A stretch of 64,000 nucleotides of DNA from the human T2T-CHM13v2.0 reference genome, Homo sapiens (GCF_009914755.1 NC_060939.1); one strand, 5' to 3'. Shown: positions 28,183 to 44,925, numbered from the stretch's first letter. Notes: generated from the letters alone by a model not told the origin. Numbers and translations: made by a program.

Positions 28183-30769
28183 CTGAGGGCTCTTCCCCTT
28201 TTTAGACCACATGAAGTAACTTTCTGATGCTGCCATGGCATTTGTAAACTGTCATGGCACTGGTGGGAGTGTCTTTTAGCATGCTAATGCATTATAATTA
28301 GCATATAATGAGCAGTGAGGACAACCAGAGGTCACTGTCATCACCATATTGGTTTTGGTGTGTTTTGGCCAGCTTCTTAACCACAACCTGTTTTATCAGC
28401 AAGGTCTTTATGACTCGCATCTTGTGCTAACCTCCTATCTCATCCTGTAACTCAGAAACCCTAACTTCCTACACATGCAGCCAATTTACCCAGCCTCTAT
28501 TCAAGATGGAGTTGCTCTGGATCAAACGCCTCTACATATTTCCCCCCTTTCTTTTACAAGGGAACCCTTAATCCTAAGGGTTATAAAGGGATGAAGATCT
28601 ATCTTCTGTAAGAGATGGATCAGGCTGAATAGGGGCAATGATATTCCTGCCTAACTATTAGGGTCTTTTGCATCCAGGGCAAAGAGGAGCTCAGTCAGAA
28701 AGTGTTGGTATGGCAAGGGCCATTCATAAATCTTGAGTTTCTGGAAGATTAATAAGTGTTCAATTTAAGGAAACATTCAGTAAGCTTATCCTGCATTCCT
28801 ACACAAAGAGTACAACAGCAATATATTCTACAACATAAAGCAAAATAAATAAAATTATCCCAAATAAACTAAATTAGAAGGCTTTCCATGAACTGGCAAC
28901 TGTTGGAACCAAGCTGATACTGGGTTGCTAGCTGATTCCAATAAATGTCCAGAATTAGAATACTGAACCAGATTTTTACACTACCCATCCCTCCTGTTTC
29001 TTCTGAACTATAGTCAGAGATCACTGATTGGTTCACAGGAATAAGCAGGGTTAATCTAAATTGCAACTAAGCTATAGCATTGGGCAGTTTCCATTGCCCT
29101 TCCCAGAAGGAGCCTAGAGCAGCCAATTTTGAGCTTGCACAGGCTTTTAACTGCTCAAGATAATTTTTAGGGCTAAGTATAACATGAACCCCAAAATTCC
29201 TGTTCCCTGGATAGCAGAGACCAAGAGAAAGTAACAGCACATGGTTACAAGGTCAAGCTCCCAAGGACATAAAACATGATGAGAGGGAAACTTCATCTAA
29301 TTTTTTTTGTTTCAGAGACCTGCAGCAAAGTTTGTAACTGACCAGTTTCCTGGAGTGTCTTGAACAGCAGGCTTACGGGGGTCCTAAGCCGATATTCTAT
29401 CCTAAAGTACTCTTCTTTATGACAGAACAATGCAGAAAGACAAATTTATAGCACAAAGTACACCAGATTCACTATATCTTAAGATTGGCCTCACACATCC
29501 TTTTTTCCATTAATCAAAACTTTGCAGAGAAGATAAACATTGATTTTTACCATTCACTCAACCAGTTTGCACAGGGAGAAAGACGAGAAGTCTGACTGGT
29601 AAGAACTCCTTACCCTTTGGCAAGCATGCCAGGTTTCTGGGTTTTCTTTCCCTGAGCAGCCCTAATGACCTTGCTCACCTCATGAAAGCCCTGGGGGCCA
29701 AGCTGCAACTCAAAGGAAAATCATCTTTTTCGTTTCATGGAATCATAGGCAAAACCCTCTCGATATTGTAAGATGTCACCCAACCAGCCGCATGGGGAAC
29801 CTGAATTAACATTTTCTATTCCATTTTGCTCTAGCCAGGGTAAAATAAGTGTGACAAAACAGACATTAGCCACTCCTCTTAGCATCCAATATTGAACTGG
29901 CAAGGGTCAAGCTTGCCCCCGGATGAGCCCTGTCATCTTTAATCCAACTTCGACCAGAAGTTTCAAAATGTGATCTCTGGGCAAGATGGTCGCCCTGTGT
30001 AACAGGAAAGATAGGAAAGGGAAAGGAGAGAAAAGGAGAAAACCATTTTCTGTGGCAGTGTAGGGAAGGTGAGGAGCTCAGAGAGGCCAGAGAGAGACCC
30101 ACCCATTGCAGCAACACTGAATCAAAAGTTCAGGCAGCTGCTTGTCGGTAGTGAAGGGATTTTTTTTCCAGCAGTCCCATCAGCTCTCTATTTTCCCCTT
30201 TGGGGGAGAAAAAAAAAGCTCCCTATTTCCCACGATCCTGTACATACCTAACCCTGTCACCTACAACCTTCAGCAAACAGCACAAGGCAGATTAATTCAA
30301 AGAGAATAGCAGTTAACATCCCACAGTGCCAAACCCATTTTTAACCAAGAGGGACTCTACTGAGAGGGGCCTCTAACCCCATAAATCTTAGGAAGGACTC
30401 TAACCTTCCTAAGTTGGGCTTCAAACCCAAGTTTGGTCAAGCATTCTTGCCTTTTATTAAGAGGGGCCTTTAACCCTGTCTGTCTTAGGAGGGACTCTAA
30501 CTCCCCTAAGTTGGGCCTCTAACCCAATCCCATCCTTTACCTGAGTACCCCACCACTTACCCAAAGTCAGCCAATTAGTGTTGCGGTCTATTTCCTTCGG
30601 GTCATGGCCTCCTCAGTATCATCCCTTCATGGTTCACCAGGAAGATGTTACCGGAAAGGGGTCTGGATCCACATCCAAAGAGTGGGTTCTTGGATCTCAC
30701 ACAAGAAAGAATTTGTGGCAAACCTATAAAGTAAAGTGAAAGCAAGTTTACTTAAAAAGTAAAGGAATA

Positions 30770-31068
30770 GGCCAGGCGCAGTGACGCAAGCCTGTAATCC
30801 CAGCACTTTGGGAGGCCGAGGCGGGCGGATCACAAGGTCAGGAGATCGAGACCATCCTGGCTAACACGGTGAAACCCCGTCTCTACTAAAAATACAAAAA
30901 ATTAGCCGGGCGTGGTGGCGGGCACCTGTAGTCCCAGCTACTCAAGGGGGGCTGAGGCAGGAGAATGGCGTGAACCCGGGAAGCAGAGGTTGCGGTGAGC
31001 CAAGATCACACCACTGCACTCCAGCCTGGGCGACAGAGCAAGATTCTGTCTCAAAAAAAAAAAAAAAA
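30770..31068 (+). mobile_element. AluY-like inserted in the MER41 5' R region
   Basis: gagatcgagaccatcctggctaacacggtg; TSD gtaaaggaata. Confidence 0.95.
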
Positions 31069-31547
31069 TGTAAAGGAATAAAGAATGGCTACTCCATAGG
31101 CAGAGCAGCCATAATTTTTCACTTTTTAAAAAAATATTTTGAATCACCCTGTGTAATAATTGATTACGGGCTAGCTTTAGAACCCTTGCTTTTGTTTTGT
31201 CTTGTTTTTTAATAGCTTTCTCTTAGAGTTTGGTTAATAAATTGGCAGTGGCTTACAAATTAATTGTACATATAGGAGCAAAGTAATGTTATTTTGAGAT
31301 TATCTCATTATATGATAACAATATAATAGGCTTCTGCTTGAACCCTAAGAGGAGCCAGCATGACAAGCTAAACACTCTGGGATAATTACACCATCTTTAT
31401 GATAAATTATTTACACCTTTAGTGCAAAACCTTTCAGATCAGCCAGTTATTATTCTGTCCTTGACTTCCCCCACCACACGCCCACCTCAAACATCTCGAC
31501 CAGGTTGAAATAATGTGAAAGAAAGGTGTGGAGATGGGAGAGCATTC

Positions 31548-32401
<854 letters not shown>

Positions 32402-32966
32402 TCATCTCTTGTATTTTGTCTAATCTAAGATGTCACTGATTCTAAGACAAACCATTATGTTATATAAAACAAAACAAGAAAAGGAACAAAAACAGCCAAT
32501 TAAACTGTGACACATTGCTTTCTTATTACTTGGGATATTTATTTCAAACTTATCAAAAGATCTCTTGATTTTTTTTATCATATTGAGCTCTCTTGAGCCT
32601 ACACCAAAAAATATATATATAAGCAAAATAAATTGGTCAAAACTTCCCAAAACTCTCTCTCACTCAGACTTCAACTCTACTGAATTACTTTTCAACTCAG
32701 AATTGTCAATGTCAGGTTTTTCCACACATCATTCTCTGTGCCATCAAAAGCATTAGTGTTGCAGAATTTCTGCGAATGTTTCAGTATTATTTCTGAGATT
32801 TTCAATAAGCTGTTGACACCTGTTCTAAAGAGTTGATGCAGATGCACAGACAACAACCACTATGTCATGGTGATTGCTTGACTAAGAGTGGCAAGACAAA
32901 GGAAGAGGAACCTAGGGTTTTGGTTCCCAAATACCACCTGGAAAGCCTGTTGAAATTCAAGATGGT

Positions 32967-33341
<375 letters not shown>

Positions 33342-33359
33342 TCAAATGAACAAAATCCT

Positions 33360-33600
33360 AAGTGGGAGGCAATCTAGCACAAAGACTCGAGAAACATGCC
33401 AAGTTCAAATCCTAGATCTATCACTTGCTAATTATGTGATGTTGGGCAAATTAACCATGCCATATCCAGCTTTCTAATCTGTAAAATGGGAGTGATAATA
33501 CCACTTACCTCATTGACTGTTATAAGAATTAAATAAATTAACACGTATAAAGCAGTTAGGACACTGCCTAGCACAGAATAAATGCTACACAAGTGTTTCA
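33360..33600. mobile_element. MIR
   Basis: gttcaaatcc...ttgggcaaatt...tctgtaaaatgggagtgataata core. Confidence 0.85.
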
Positions 33601-33809
33601 GGTCAAATTTAATAATAAAAGTTATTATTATTATTAAATTTTACCTAGCATAGTGGAGACACTATGATGCCTAGGGAGAGTGCTGGTGGAAATAATCAAA
33701 AGACCAATTATTTAACATATACTGTGAACCAACTGCTCAAAAAATAGCACCTTTCTTTTGCCTTATATATTTGGAGAATTCAATAGAAGTTTATAATAAA
33801 GCTATAATC

Positions 33810-34748
<939 letters not shown>

Positions 34749-36579
34749 TATAGATATATATAAATCCATGTCCTATCTTCTAGTAAAATCAGTAGAAGTA
34801 GAAAAAATACCCCTCTCACTGAGCCCTCTCTGGCAAATACTACATATCTTTTTTATAATAACAAAATTCCACTTATATATTTTATGATGAGAATGCCTAA
34901 TTCCAGTTTTCTTAAATAAGGGTCCATCTCCAATATTGGATCCAGAGCTGCTGGGAGGGAAAGACTTTGTTTTTGGCTTCAGTTTAGGATTATTTTGGTT
35001 TTGCCCACTTTTACTTTATTTTTATTTTATCCTGTGTTTCCTTTATTTCTCCTAAATTTACCTCATAAATGTCAAGGCATATCCCTTGATTCTAGTTAGT
35101 CGTGTTTAAGTAAACAAGCTTCCTTTCATCCTGTCTTTGTTGTGATTTTTAGAAGTGCTTGTTATTTATTCTCGCATTCATTCAACAAACTTTATTTGTG
35201 CTCCTCACTTGGCTTGGGACCTGTTAGCAGCTGGGACTACACAGAGTCTGCTCTTAAAGAGCTCGGGGTCTAGTGGCTCCATAAACTATATTATTAGTGC
35301 CTATGTCCAAAACTAAAATAAGCACTTAGTAAACATTTTTGGTTGAAGCAATGAAACTTCCTTGTTTTCTTCTCTTAGGATTTGTAAATTGAGAAGTTCC
35401 TGCTAGTTCTTGACTTACCCCTGGCTCAGGCTAATGTCGAAATACAAATACATTGGGCCTCAAGCTCTCAAAGATTAGTTACCACCTTAAACAAATGATT
35501 AACAGATTAAAACTTTATGCTTTACCCTGCAAATTTTTAATAAATACCAGAAATGGAAATGTCACTCAACAACTTTTAAAAATTAAACTTGAAGGTCTAT
35601 ATGCAAAGCAAGATCAATTAGCTTTCTATATGATCTTTACCTTGTTCCATTTTCCTGATTTAGTTGTAATTTACACAAAGATTATTTCTGGGAACTATGA
35701 AGTAAGTTCATTTATCCAATACCAGAACCACTAAAAGACAGAGTTCTCCCCTTTACTGCAAATATGACAAAAATAATGACAATGGGGAATATATATGGAG
35801 ACTAAGGTTACCAACTATTCTTTCTTTGGAGGAACAATCCTTTGTTTTCAAATTATATTTTTCCAGTTTGGGAGGAGAGGAGCGCTAAAATGTTTAATCT
35901 TTATGGAAACAAAGGTCATAGTACAGAGTAGTGTGACTTTTTTAAAAACATCCTTACTGGGCAAAATAAAAAAGTTTGCAAGGTTATTTTTATTCCTTTT
36001 CCCACTTTGTTATTTATTTATATCTCTGAAGTTCAAAAGTCTGGAAACTATTATCAGAGAGTGAGATCCATAGACATTTGGGACATCAATGACGTTGACT
36101 TACTCACTTATTTAAGACATCTCCGGGCTTGAACCCAGTCACCATAAGTAGTGTAATGACTGTTCTCAAACTTCCCAAAGCAAGATCAGATCTTATCCTG
36201 TACTATGATCTTGTCCAATAATTTGTTTATCTTATTAAATTGTTTTTCTTATGAAATCCTGTCTACCTAATGCTCTACTTTTCTGTGATTCAAAACTAAG
36301 ATGTTGAAGAACCAATGATCTTAAAAACAGGACAGGACTTGTTTCCTGAATGTAATGTGGAGGAAAGGGCACAGGCTGTAGAATCAGAGGGCTGTTCAGA
36401 CGCTGCTTCTGCCAGCTACTCACTGTGTAATCTTAGGCAGTTTATTTCTCTGATCTTCAGTGTTTTCATCTGAATAATGAGAATAAAACTACATTTCTGA
36501 GTGTAAGGACTAAATGTAATAATATATGGCTATTCTTAGGATCTGGCACACAATGGTTGCTCAATAAAAGTAGCCATTA

Positions 36580-36897
<318 letters not shown>

Positions 36898-36901
36898 TTA
36901 C

Positions 36902-37200
<299 letters not shown>

Positions 37201-37284
37201 ATTACCTATTTTCTAACATTACCTCTATGTAGTTGGAACATTTTTGATGATTTTTTAAATAATATAAATACACAAAGACATTTT

Positions 37285-37718
<434 letters not shown>

Positions 37719-38589
37719 TAAGGAAGAAATTGTTGAAGTTAGTCAAAGACGAAGTATGAACAATTAAAGACAATGATATACCCCCAAAAGCCCACAAGAT
37801 AGAGGTTCCAAAAATGAAATGATAAAAATGAACATGTAATGGGTAAGATTAATTATCTACCCACAAAGATCATTTACAGTCAGCAGTAAGGTCTAAATGG
37901 GTGCCTGTGTGTCATCTCCAGTGAGCACAATTCTATTGGCATGTCTATAGCTGTAACCTAGTTTGGTGCCTAAGAGGAAAGGGGTGTTTCCAGTGGAAGG
38001 AACAATGAGCCTGTACTAATCAAACCACCTTCATAGATAATTTGGCTTCCCTATTATATGTGTAAGGAAAGAATATATTGATGCAGCTGTCTTTTGTCAT
38101 TACAAATGAATAAATAAGCAGTTTCTTGTGAATTTGATGTGTGAATTGATCCTTCTGAACTCAGTCAGTCAGTCGGCAGAAAAAAATCAAGCTTTTGGCC
38201 CATGGAGCACTCTACTGAGGTTCACAAAATACTGCCCTGGAAAATCAATCCAAGAGGGGCTGGCTCCTGTTAATGAAGATGAGGAGGATGAGACTGCTGA
38301 TAATGTTGATGATGATAGCTACTATGTGTCGGGTGCTGTGTTAAGTGCTTTACAAAAATTTCCCTGTGTAATTGCCATAGCAATCCCTCTTACAGATTAG
38401 AAAAAATGGGGTTTGGAAAGGTTAAGAAACTTGCCTAAGGTGACACATCTGTGGGCTAAGATTCAAACCAGATCTAAATGGGAAGCAAAACTACTTGATC
38501 ACTGTTCTTGATTGCTTACCTCAAAAGAAGAGATCTTCTTTGGATTCTTAATGAACTTGCCTAGGACATTTCCTTTCAATTCCATGAAA

Positions 38590-40130
38590 AAGTAAATACA
38601 TTTTATGACTCCAACTTGCCTCTTAATAAGAAATGCCAGAAGGTTTAATTCAGGCAAATAATGTATTAATTTTCTAAAAAGAATGTTGTGGGTACCAAAA
38701 ACTACAAACTAGTAAACCTGGAAAAATCTTTAATAGAGAATAAAACACAATTTGTGGCAATTTAAAAAAGAAATATATTTATCAGGAGCCAACAAGGATT
38801 CACCAAGAGCAAGTCATGTCAAATTTATTTAGTCTAGTTTTCAACAGCAAAACTAATGCCATAGACATCTTTTATTTTCTTTCCGTGAAAAATATGACAA
38901 AATCCCTACTGATTATCACACCAAAATATTATGCTGACCAAGGCCCCCACAGGCCTCTATAAAACGGCAGATCTCTTGGCAAATTTACCATTGATGAGAC
39001 TCTAACTTCAGCCTGGCCAACTCAGAAATTTAATTTCCTCATGCTTACAAAGCCCACAAGAAACTAATGACTAAAACCAGCCACTTTTTATTGAAAAGTC
39101 ATACTATATTGAAATGTATTTTACATATAGAAAGAAACACAAATCTTTAGTGAACAGCTTGGAGAATTCTCACAAATAAATATATATATACTGGTATAAC
39201 CATCAATCATTCCAGAAAAGTTCCTCATCCCCCTTTCTGGCCAATACCTCCACCTCAATAGCTTTCTCGTTTCTACCACCAGGGATTAGTTTTACCTGAT
39301 CTTGAGCTTTACATACAGGGGATTTTACACTATGCATCCTTTTGTGTCTAGCTTCTTATACTCTACACTATATTTTTGAAATTCATTTACATTGTTACGT
39401 GTATCAGCATTTTGTTTGTTTTTTTTTTTTTTTTACTGCTAAGCAGTACTCCATTGTATGAATATAGTTTATGAATTTGGGTGATAGACATTGCAACAAA
39501 GCACCATTTTATTTAGACATGATAATATTAATCTTAGGCGTTTCCCTTTTTAAGGATATGCTTGCATATCACAGCTTTTGGGTTTTAGTTGAATTATCTG
39601 AAATCCCCCTGTACCTCCATTTCCAGTTCTTGCACGAACGACTTCGATATTACCCTGGCCTAATGGGTGACCTGCAGGATTTATCCCAGATGTCTGGATT
39701 AATGGTGTTCTGGCCACCTGGAGGAGTCACAAGAGTCAGTCCTCCTCTCTGCCTTGGTCTGAAAGGTGTGGCTGAAGACACAGTATAATTGTCAAATCTA
39801 TAGATGGCCAGAATAGCTGATGTGAAAGCTAACAGAATCAAAATTTATAAGAATTTAAAGCAGACTGAAGCACAAAATCAAACCAACAATATAGACATTG
39901 AGAACTAGATATAGGTTCAGAAAACATCACTCACAAGTACAGTTTTGGAGTAATCTGGTTTGCCAAAATTTCAATTTGAATACACAGGTTTATAAAAATG
40001 ACTGCATTAAAATAAGCATTTTTAAATCCTACTCTGCATTGATTCAGACTGTAACTGGGAAACAATTTTCAATTCTGGCCACCACAGTTTAAGAAAACTT
40101 ATAATTCTGGTAAGTATATTCACAGCGAGA
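38590..40130 (+). mobile_element. CR1/L3 fragments interrupted by an L1M 3' end (~39085-39470, -)
   Basis: caacaaggattcaccaagagcaagtcatgt = QQGFTKSKSC; ttttcaattctggccaccacagtttaagaa CR1 3' motif. Confidence 0.6.
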
Positions 40131-40139
40131 TGACCAGTA

Positions 40140-41050
40140 CTAATTCATTCATTCAACAAGTATTTGAGCATTTACTTTGTGCTGGGCACTGTCATGCTGA
40201 TGGGGGTATAGCAGCAAGGAAAACGACTAAGGCCCTGCCTCATGGTACTTATATTCTAGAAGGAATACAGAAAATGAACAAATAAAAATATAATATGTTA
40301 GGGCCCAGGAAGTTCAATGAAGAAAAATAAAGCCAGGTAAAGTAATAGAAGAGAAGGGAAGGGCTTTTGGGAGGAAGTGGCCAAAGCAGACCTCTCCAAA
40401 CAGATGACATTTGAACAAAGACCTGAACGATGTAAGGCAGGGTTCAGCAAACTATGAACAGTGGGCCAAATTTGACTGCACACCTGTTTTTGTGTGGCTC
40501 GAGAGCTAAGAATGGTTTTTATATTTTTAAAATAGTTAACAAAAAAATTTTTTAGAGAATAATACTTTTTGACATGGGAAAATTATATGCAATTCAAATT
40601 TCAGCATCCAAAAATAAAGTTTTATTGGGACACATCCGCACTCATTTATTTACTTATTCTCCATGGCTGCTCTTGCATTATCACAGCAGATTTGAGACCA
40701 TATGGCCCACAAAGCCTAAAATATTTACCATCTGGCTCTTTATGCAAAATGATTGTTGACCCCTGATATAAGGGAGCAAGCCCTACCATTATCTAAGGGG
40801 AAAACGCCCTGGAATAGATAATGGCAAGAGTAAAGGCCCTGAGTCAGGCCTGTGGTTGGCTTGTGATCAACGAACTGGAAGGAAGCCAGTGTGGCTGGAT
40901 GGCAGGGAGAGAGGGTGAGACTAGTAGGAAATGGCAGGAAGTGAAATCAGAAAGGGAACTTCAGACCAGATCTGCTTGGGGTAAGGATTTTGACTTAAGT
41001 GACACAGAAAGCCATTTAAGGGGTTTGAAAAAGGAATGACATAGTGTGAC
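40140..41050 (-). mobile_element. L2 interrupted by MER58 (40438-40765)
   Basis: attcattcattcaacaagtatttgagca L2 end; cagggttcagcaaactat...gttgacccctg MER58 termini. Confidence 0.82.
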
Positions 41051-41120
41051 AGCTGGCTGGAACATGGCTGGATGGGGAAAAAAATACATCTATTTTCTCT
41101 AAGCATCAGCTGCAATTTAA

Positions 41121-41503
<383 letters not shown>

Positions 41504-41619
41504 TAATGATTATTGTAATTATCTTAAAATATCATTTATGAATAGATCTATTCAGAAATTATTAGACCTTGTACTATAGCTTGTTATTAAATGAATTAAT
41601 AAAGAAGTATGTATGTGTA

Positions 41620-42645
41620 TTCAGAGTGAACAGGCAACCTACAGAATGGGAGAAAATTTTTGCAATCTACCATCTGACAAAGAGCTAATATCCAGAATCT
41701 ACAAAGAACTTAAACAAATTTACAAGAAGAAAACAAACAACCCCATCAAAAAGTGGGCAAAGGGTATGAACAGACACTTCTCAAAAGAAGACATTTATGC
41801 AGCCAACAGACACATGGAAAAATGCTCATCATCACTGGTCATCAGAGAAATGCAAATCAAAACCACAATGAGATACCATCTCATGCCAGTTAGAATGGCG
41901 ATCATTAAAAAGTCAGGAAACAACAGATGCTGGAGAGGATGTGGAGAAATAGGAACACTTTTACACTGTTTGTGGGAGTATAAATTAGTTCAACCATTGT
42001 GGAAGACAGTGTGGCAATTCCTGAAGGATCTAGAACTACAAATACCATTTGACCCAGCAATCCCATTACTGGGATTGGTATAGGTATACCTGTACCTATA
42101 CCTATACCAATACCTATACCAATACCTATACCTATAGGTATAGGTATATACCTATAGGATTATAAATCATGCTACTATAAAGACACATGCACACGTATGT
42201 TTATTGCGGCACTATTCACAATAGCAAAAACTTGGAACTAACCCAAATGTCCATCAATGATAGGCTGGATTAAGAAAAATGTGGCACATATACACCATGG
42301 AATACTATGCAGCTATAAAAAAGGACGAGTTCATGTCCTTTGCAGGGACATGGATGAAGCTGGAAACCATCATTCCCAGCAAACTATCACAAAGACAGAA
42401 AACCAAACGTTGCATGTTCTCACTCATAGGTGGGAACTGAACAATAAGAACACTTGGACACAGGGTGGGGAACATCACACACTGGGGCCTGTTGGGGGAT
42501 GGGGGGCTGGGGGAGGGACAGCATTAGGAGAAATACCTAATGTAAATGATGAGTTGATGGGTGCAGCAAACCAACATGGCACATGTAAACAAACCTGCAC
42601 GTTGTGCACATCTACCCTAGAACTTAAAGTATAATAATAAAAAAA
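41620..42645 (+). mobile_element. L1PA 3' ~1 kb, 5'-truncated
   Basis: ORF2 C-terminal peptide [15 protein letters not shown]...[14 protein letters not shown]; ends acttaaagtataataataaaa; TSD atgtatgtgtat. Confidence 0.95.
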
Positions 42646-43453
42646 GATGTATGTGTATATATAAAACTATATCACAAATTTGATTTTTTGATATTTTAAT
42701 AACTGTATTCCAATGTAATTGATTTCCTGTTTAATGCTTTGTATTTCATATTATGTGTTTTTAAATGTCTCTCTGGGGCCCATATGCTCTACAAGATTTT
42801 CCAAAGGGTCTAGAGCCCAATAGAAACTGATATAAAAGCAGTGAGAAGCACTAGAAGGACTAAATTAGAGAAGGGAGGACAAGGCAGGTCCAAGATAGGT
42901 ATTTTAATTTCTCTGGCACATAGTAAGCACTGAATATATGTTAATTACTATTGTTATTGCTAATATTTTTATGTATACCCTTATAGTTTTTTAGCTGTGT
43001 GTGGCATATACTACTTTGTTATCTCCATTTTTCACTCAAAAGTATATCATAAACATCATTCATTGTCATTACATACTTTTAAACCTCATTTTAATGGTCA
43101 AAGAGTGGTTAATTGCAGAGACGTATCATTATTTATTCAATTAATCCTCAATCGCAAGATATTTAGATTCTTGTTTTACTTAGTAAAAATAAACACTGCA
43201 ATAAACACCAATGTTAAGTCTTTGCAGCATCAGTGTTAAATCTTAAAGTATCCATAATTATTTCTTTAGGATAGACCCTAAAATTAGAATCAGCATGCAT
43301 TACTCAGTGTGCTGGATGTGAAATCCAGTCTGTCCAAGATTTCCACTTCAGCTGTCCTCTTAGTTGGGATTTCATCTTTCCTCCTTGGTTCACACATACA
43401 TAAGCAACTGTCTGAGCTTACCCTCCTGGTTCAACCAAAGCCCCCAGTGTTTA

Positions 43454-43486
43454 AACACACACACACACATACACACACAGAGAGAG
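43454..43486. repeat. (CA)n(GA)n microsatellite
   Basis: acacacacacacacatacacacacagagagag. Confidence 0.9.
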
Positions 43487-43575
43487 TCAGTTTTGTCTGT
43501 TCTTACTTTCTGTACAGAATTAAGGCAACAGGAAGGATACATGAAATCAAGGGACAAAAGCTAAATTCCTACCAT

Positions 43576-43591
43576 CCACCTGGTGGCAGTA
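43576..43591 (+). promoter_or_regulatory. Candidate CTCF motif
   Basis: CCACCTGGTGGCAGTA vs consensus CCASYAGRKGGCRS (one mismatch). Confidence 0.5.
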
Positions 43592-44399
43592 TTTCCTAAA
43601 CGTTGGCAGAATATACAGGCAGTAATAGGTACCTTCTGTTATTTCAATAGTATTTTCTATGCAAATCCAGTCCTATAAAGTGGTGTACCATGTCACAATG
43701 AATGAAAAAAAGAATTATTCTGGCAAATGCTAGGTCAATACAGTTGTATAGTAATTCTAGAAGTTTCCTTTGAGGACTGCCAAAACAAATATCTTTGTTT
43801 AAAAACAAAAAAAAAAAAGCTATTTTTAAAAAGCTTGTAAAATTAATTTTTCTCATTAAGAATATTACAAGATTGCAGACATTTTTAGAAATAGAGAAAG
43901 GAAGTCACATATATTTTTACTAACATAACCCGTTAGCATATTGTTATGCTCCTTTCTGATCCTTTTTTCTCTAAGCACATTTTTATAATTGTAATCAAGC
44001 TATACATAAAATTGGCTTATACTCTCCTTTTGGCATTAATCACATTGAAAAATTAATATACTTAAATAAAATATATTAAAGTATACTTATAAAATATACT
44101 TATTTCTGGGAGAGGTGGTCACAGGTGATATTTACTTCTTTAAACACTTTTGTATTTCCTACTTTTAAAATCAGAAAAAATTTAATCCTAAAAAATCTAT
44201 TTGATTCCATTTACATCCTATACAACCCCACATTTCTATCCCTAGGTGAATCTCCAACAAATAGGTATAAAAATGTGCCTCAAAATGCAAAGGTACCAAG
44301 AAAAACAAAACAAACAAACAAAAAAGGCAAAGGTACTAAATTGTTTACAGGAACATCACTTCAATTCTCAGTTGATGGCTTTGCTTCCCATTCACTGAG

Positions 44400-44925
44400 A
44401 AAATGACCTACGGCATCTTGTCTTTATTAGCTCTCTGACTTCACTCCATCCCTCTCTACTCCTTTCCTCCTTGCTCACTTTACTCCATTCCCACTGGCCC
44501 CTTTGCCATGCCTAGAACAGGCCAGGCATAATCTCACTCCAGGGACTTTTACCATACTCTTTCCTCTGGAGGCTTTGCCCCAGATATCCACAACGCTAGC
44601 CCCCTCATTTCCTTCTCAAGTCTACACAAAAGTCACCTCCTTATTGAGACCTTTCAACCCCACCTCTAAATGTCATGTCCTTCTTCTCTGCTTTATTTTT
44701 TCTCCTATACACCCATAACTTTCTAGCAATGTGTATTTTGCTTATCTGTTTTATTTCCCTTTCCACCTGAATGCAAACTCTGTGAAGGCAGGTTTTGTGT
44801 CAGTTTTGTTCAGTGACGTTCACTGAGTGTTTTGTTCACTGCTTATTCTATTTGAGGCACAGAATATGAATGGCACATGATATGTACTCAAGAAATACTT
44901 ACTGAACAAATAAACGAATAAATGA
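44400..44925 (+). mobile_element. L2 3' fragment
   Basis: ccagggacttt...aactctgtgaaggcagg...tactcaagaaatacttactgaa. Confidence 0.75.

Larger units (their letters stand above)
28001..31110 (-). mobile_element. MER41 ERV1 element with RNA-like (processed) structure: R-U5 (31110-30646), PBS, internal, PPT, U3-R (28536-28009), polyA
   Basis: U3 starts tgtagaggcgtttgatccagagcaactccatcttg (MER41); U5 ends cccctttccggtaaca; PBS-like tggtgaaccatgaaggga 30639-30622; PPT aaggggggaaata; TSD ATAATTTTT at 27997 and 31111. Confidence 0.88.

Noticed and set aside
30340-30530. Repeated ggactctaac...cctaagttgggc / gaggggcc units
   Set aside because: Most likely native MER41 leader repeats.
41613-42634. 156-aa and 125-aa ORFs
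   Set aside because: Remnants of a 5'-truncated L1PA ORF2 and 3' UTR; not autonomous.
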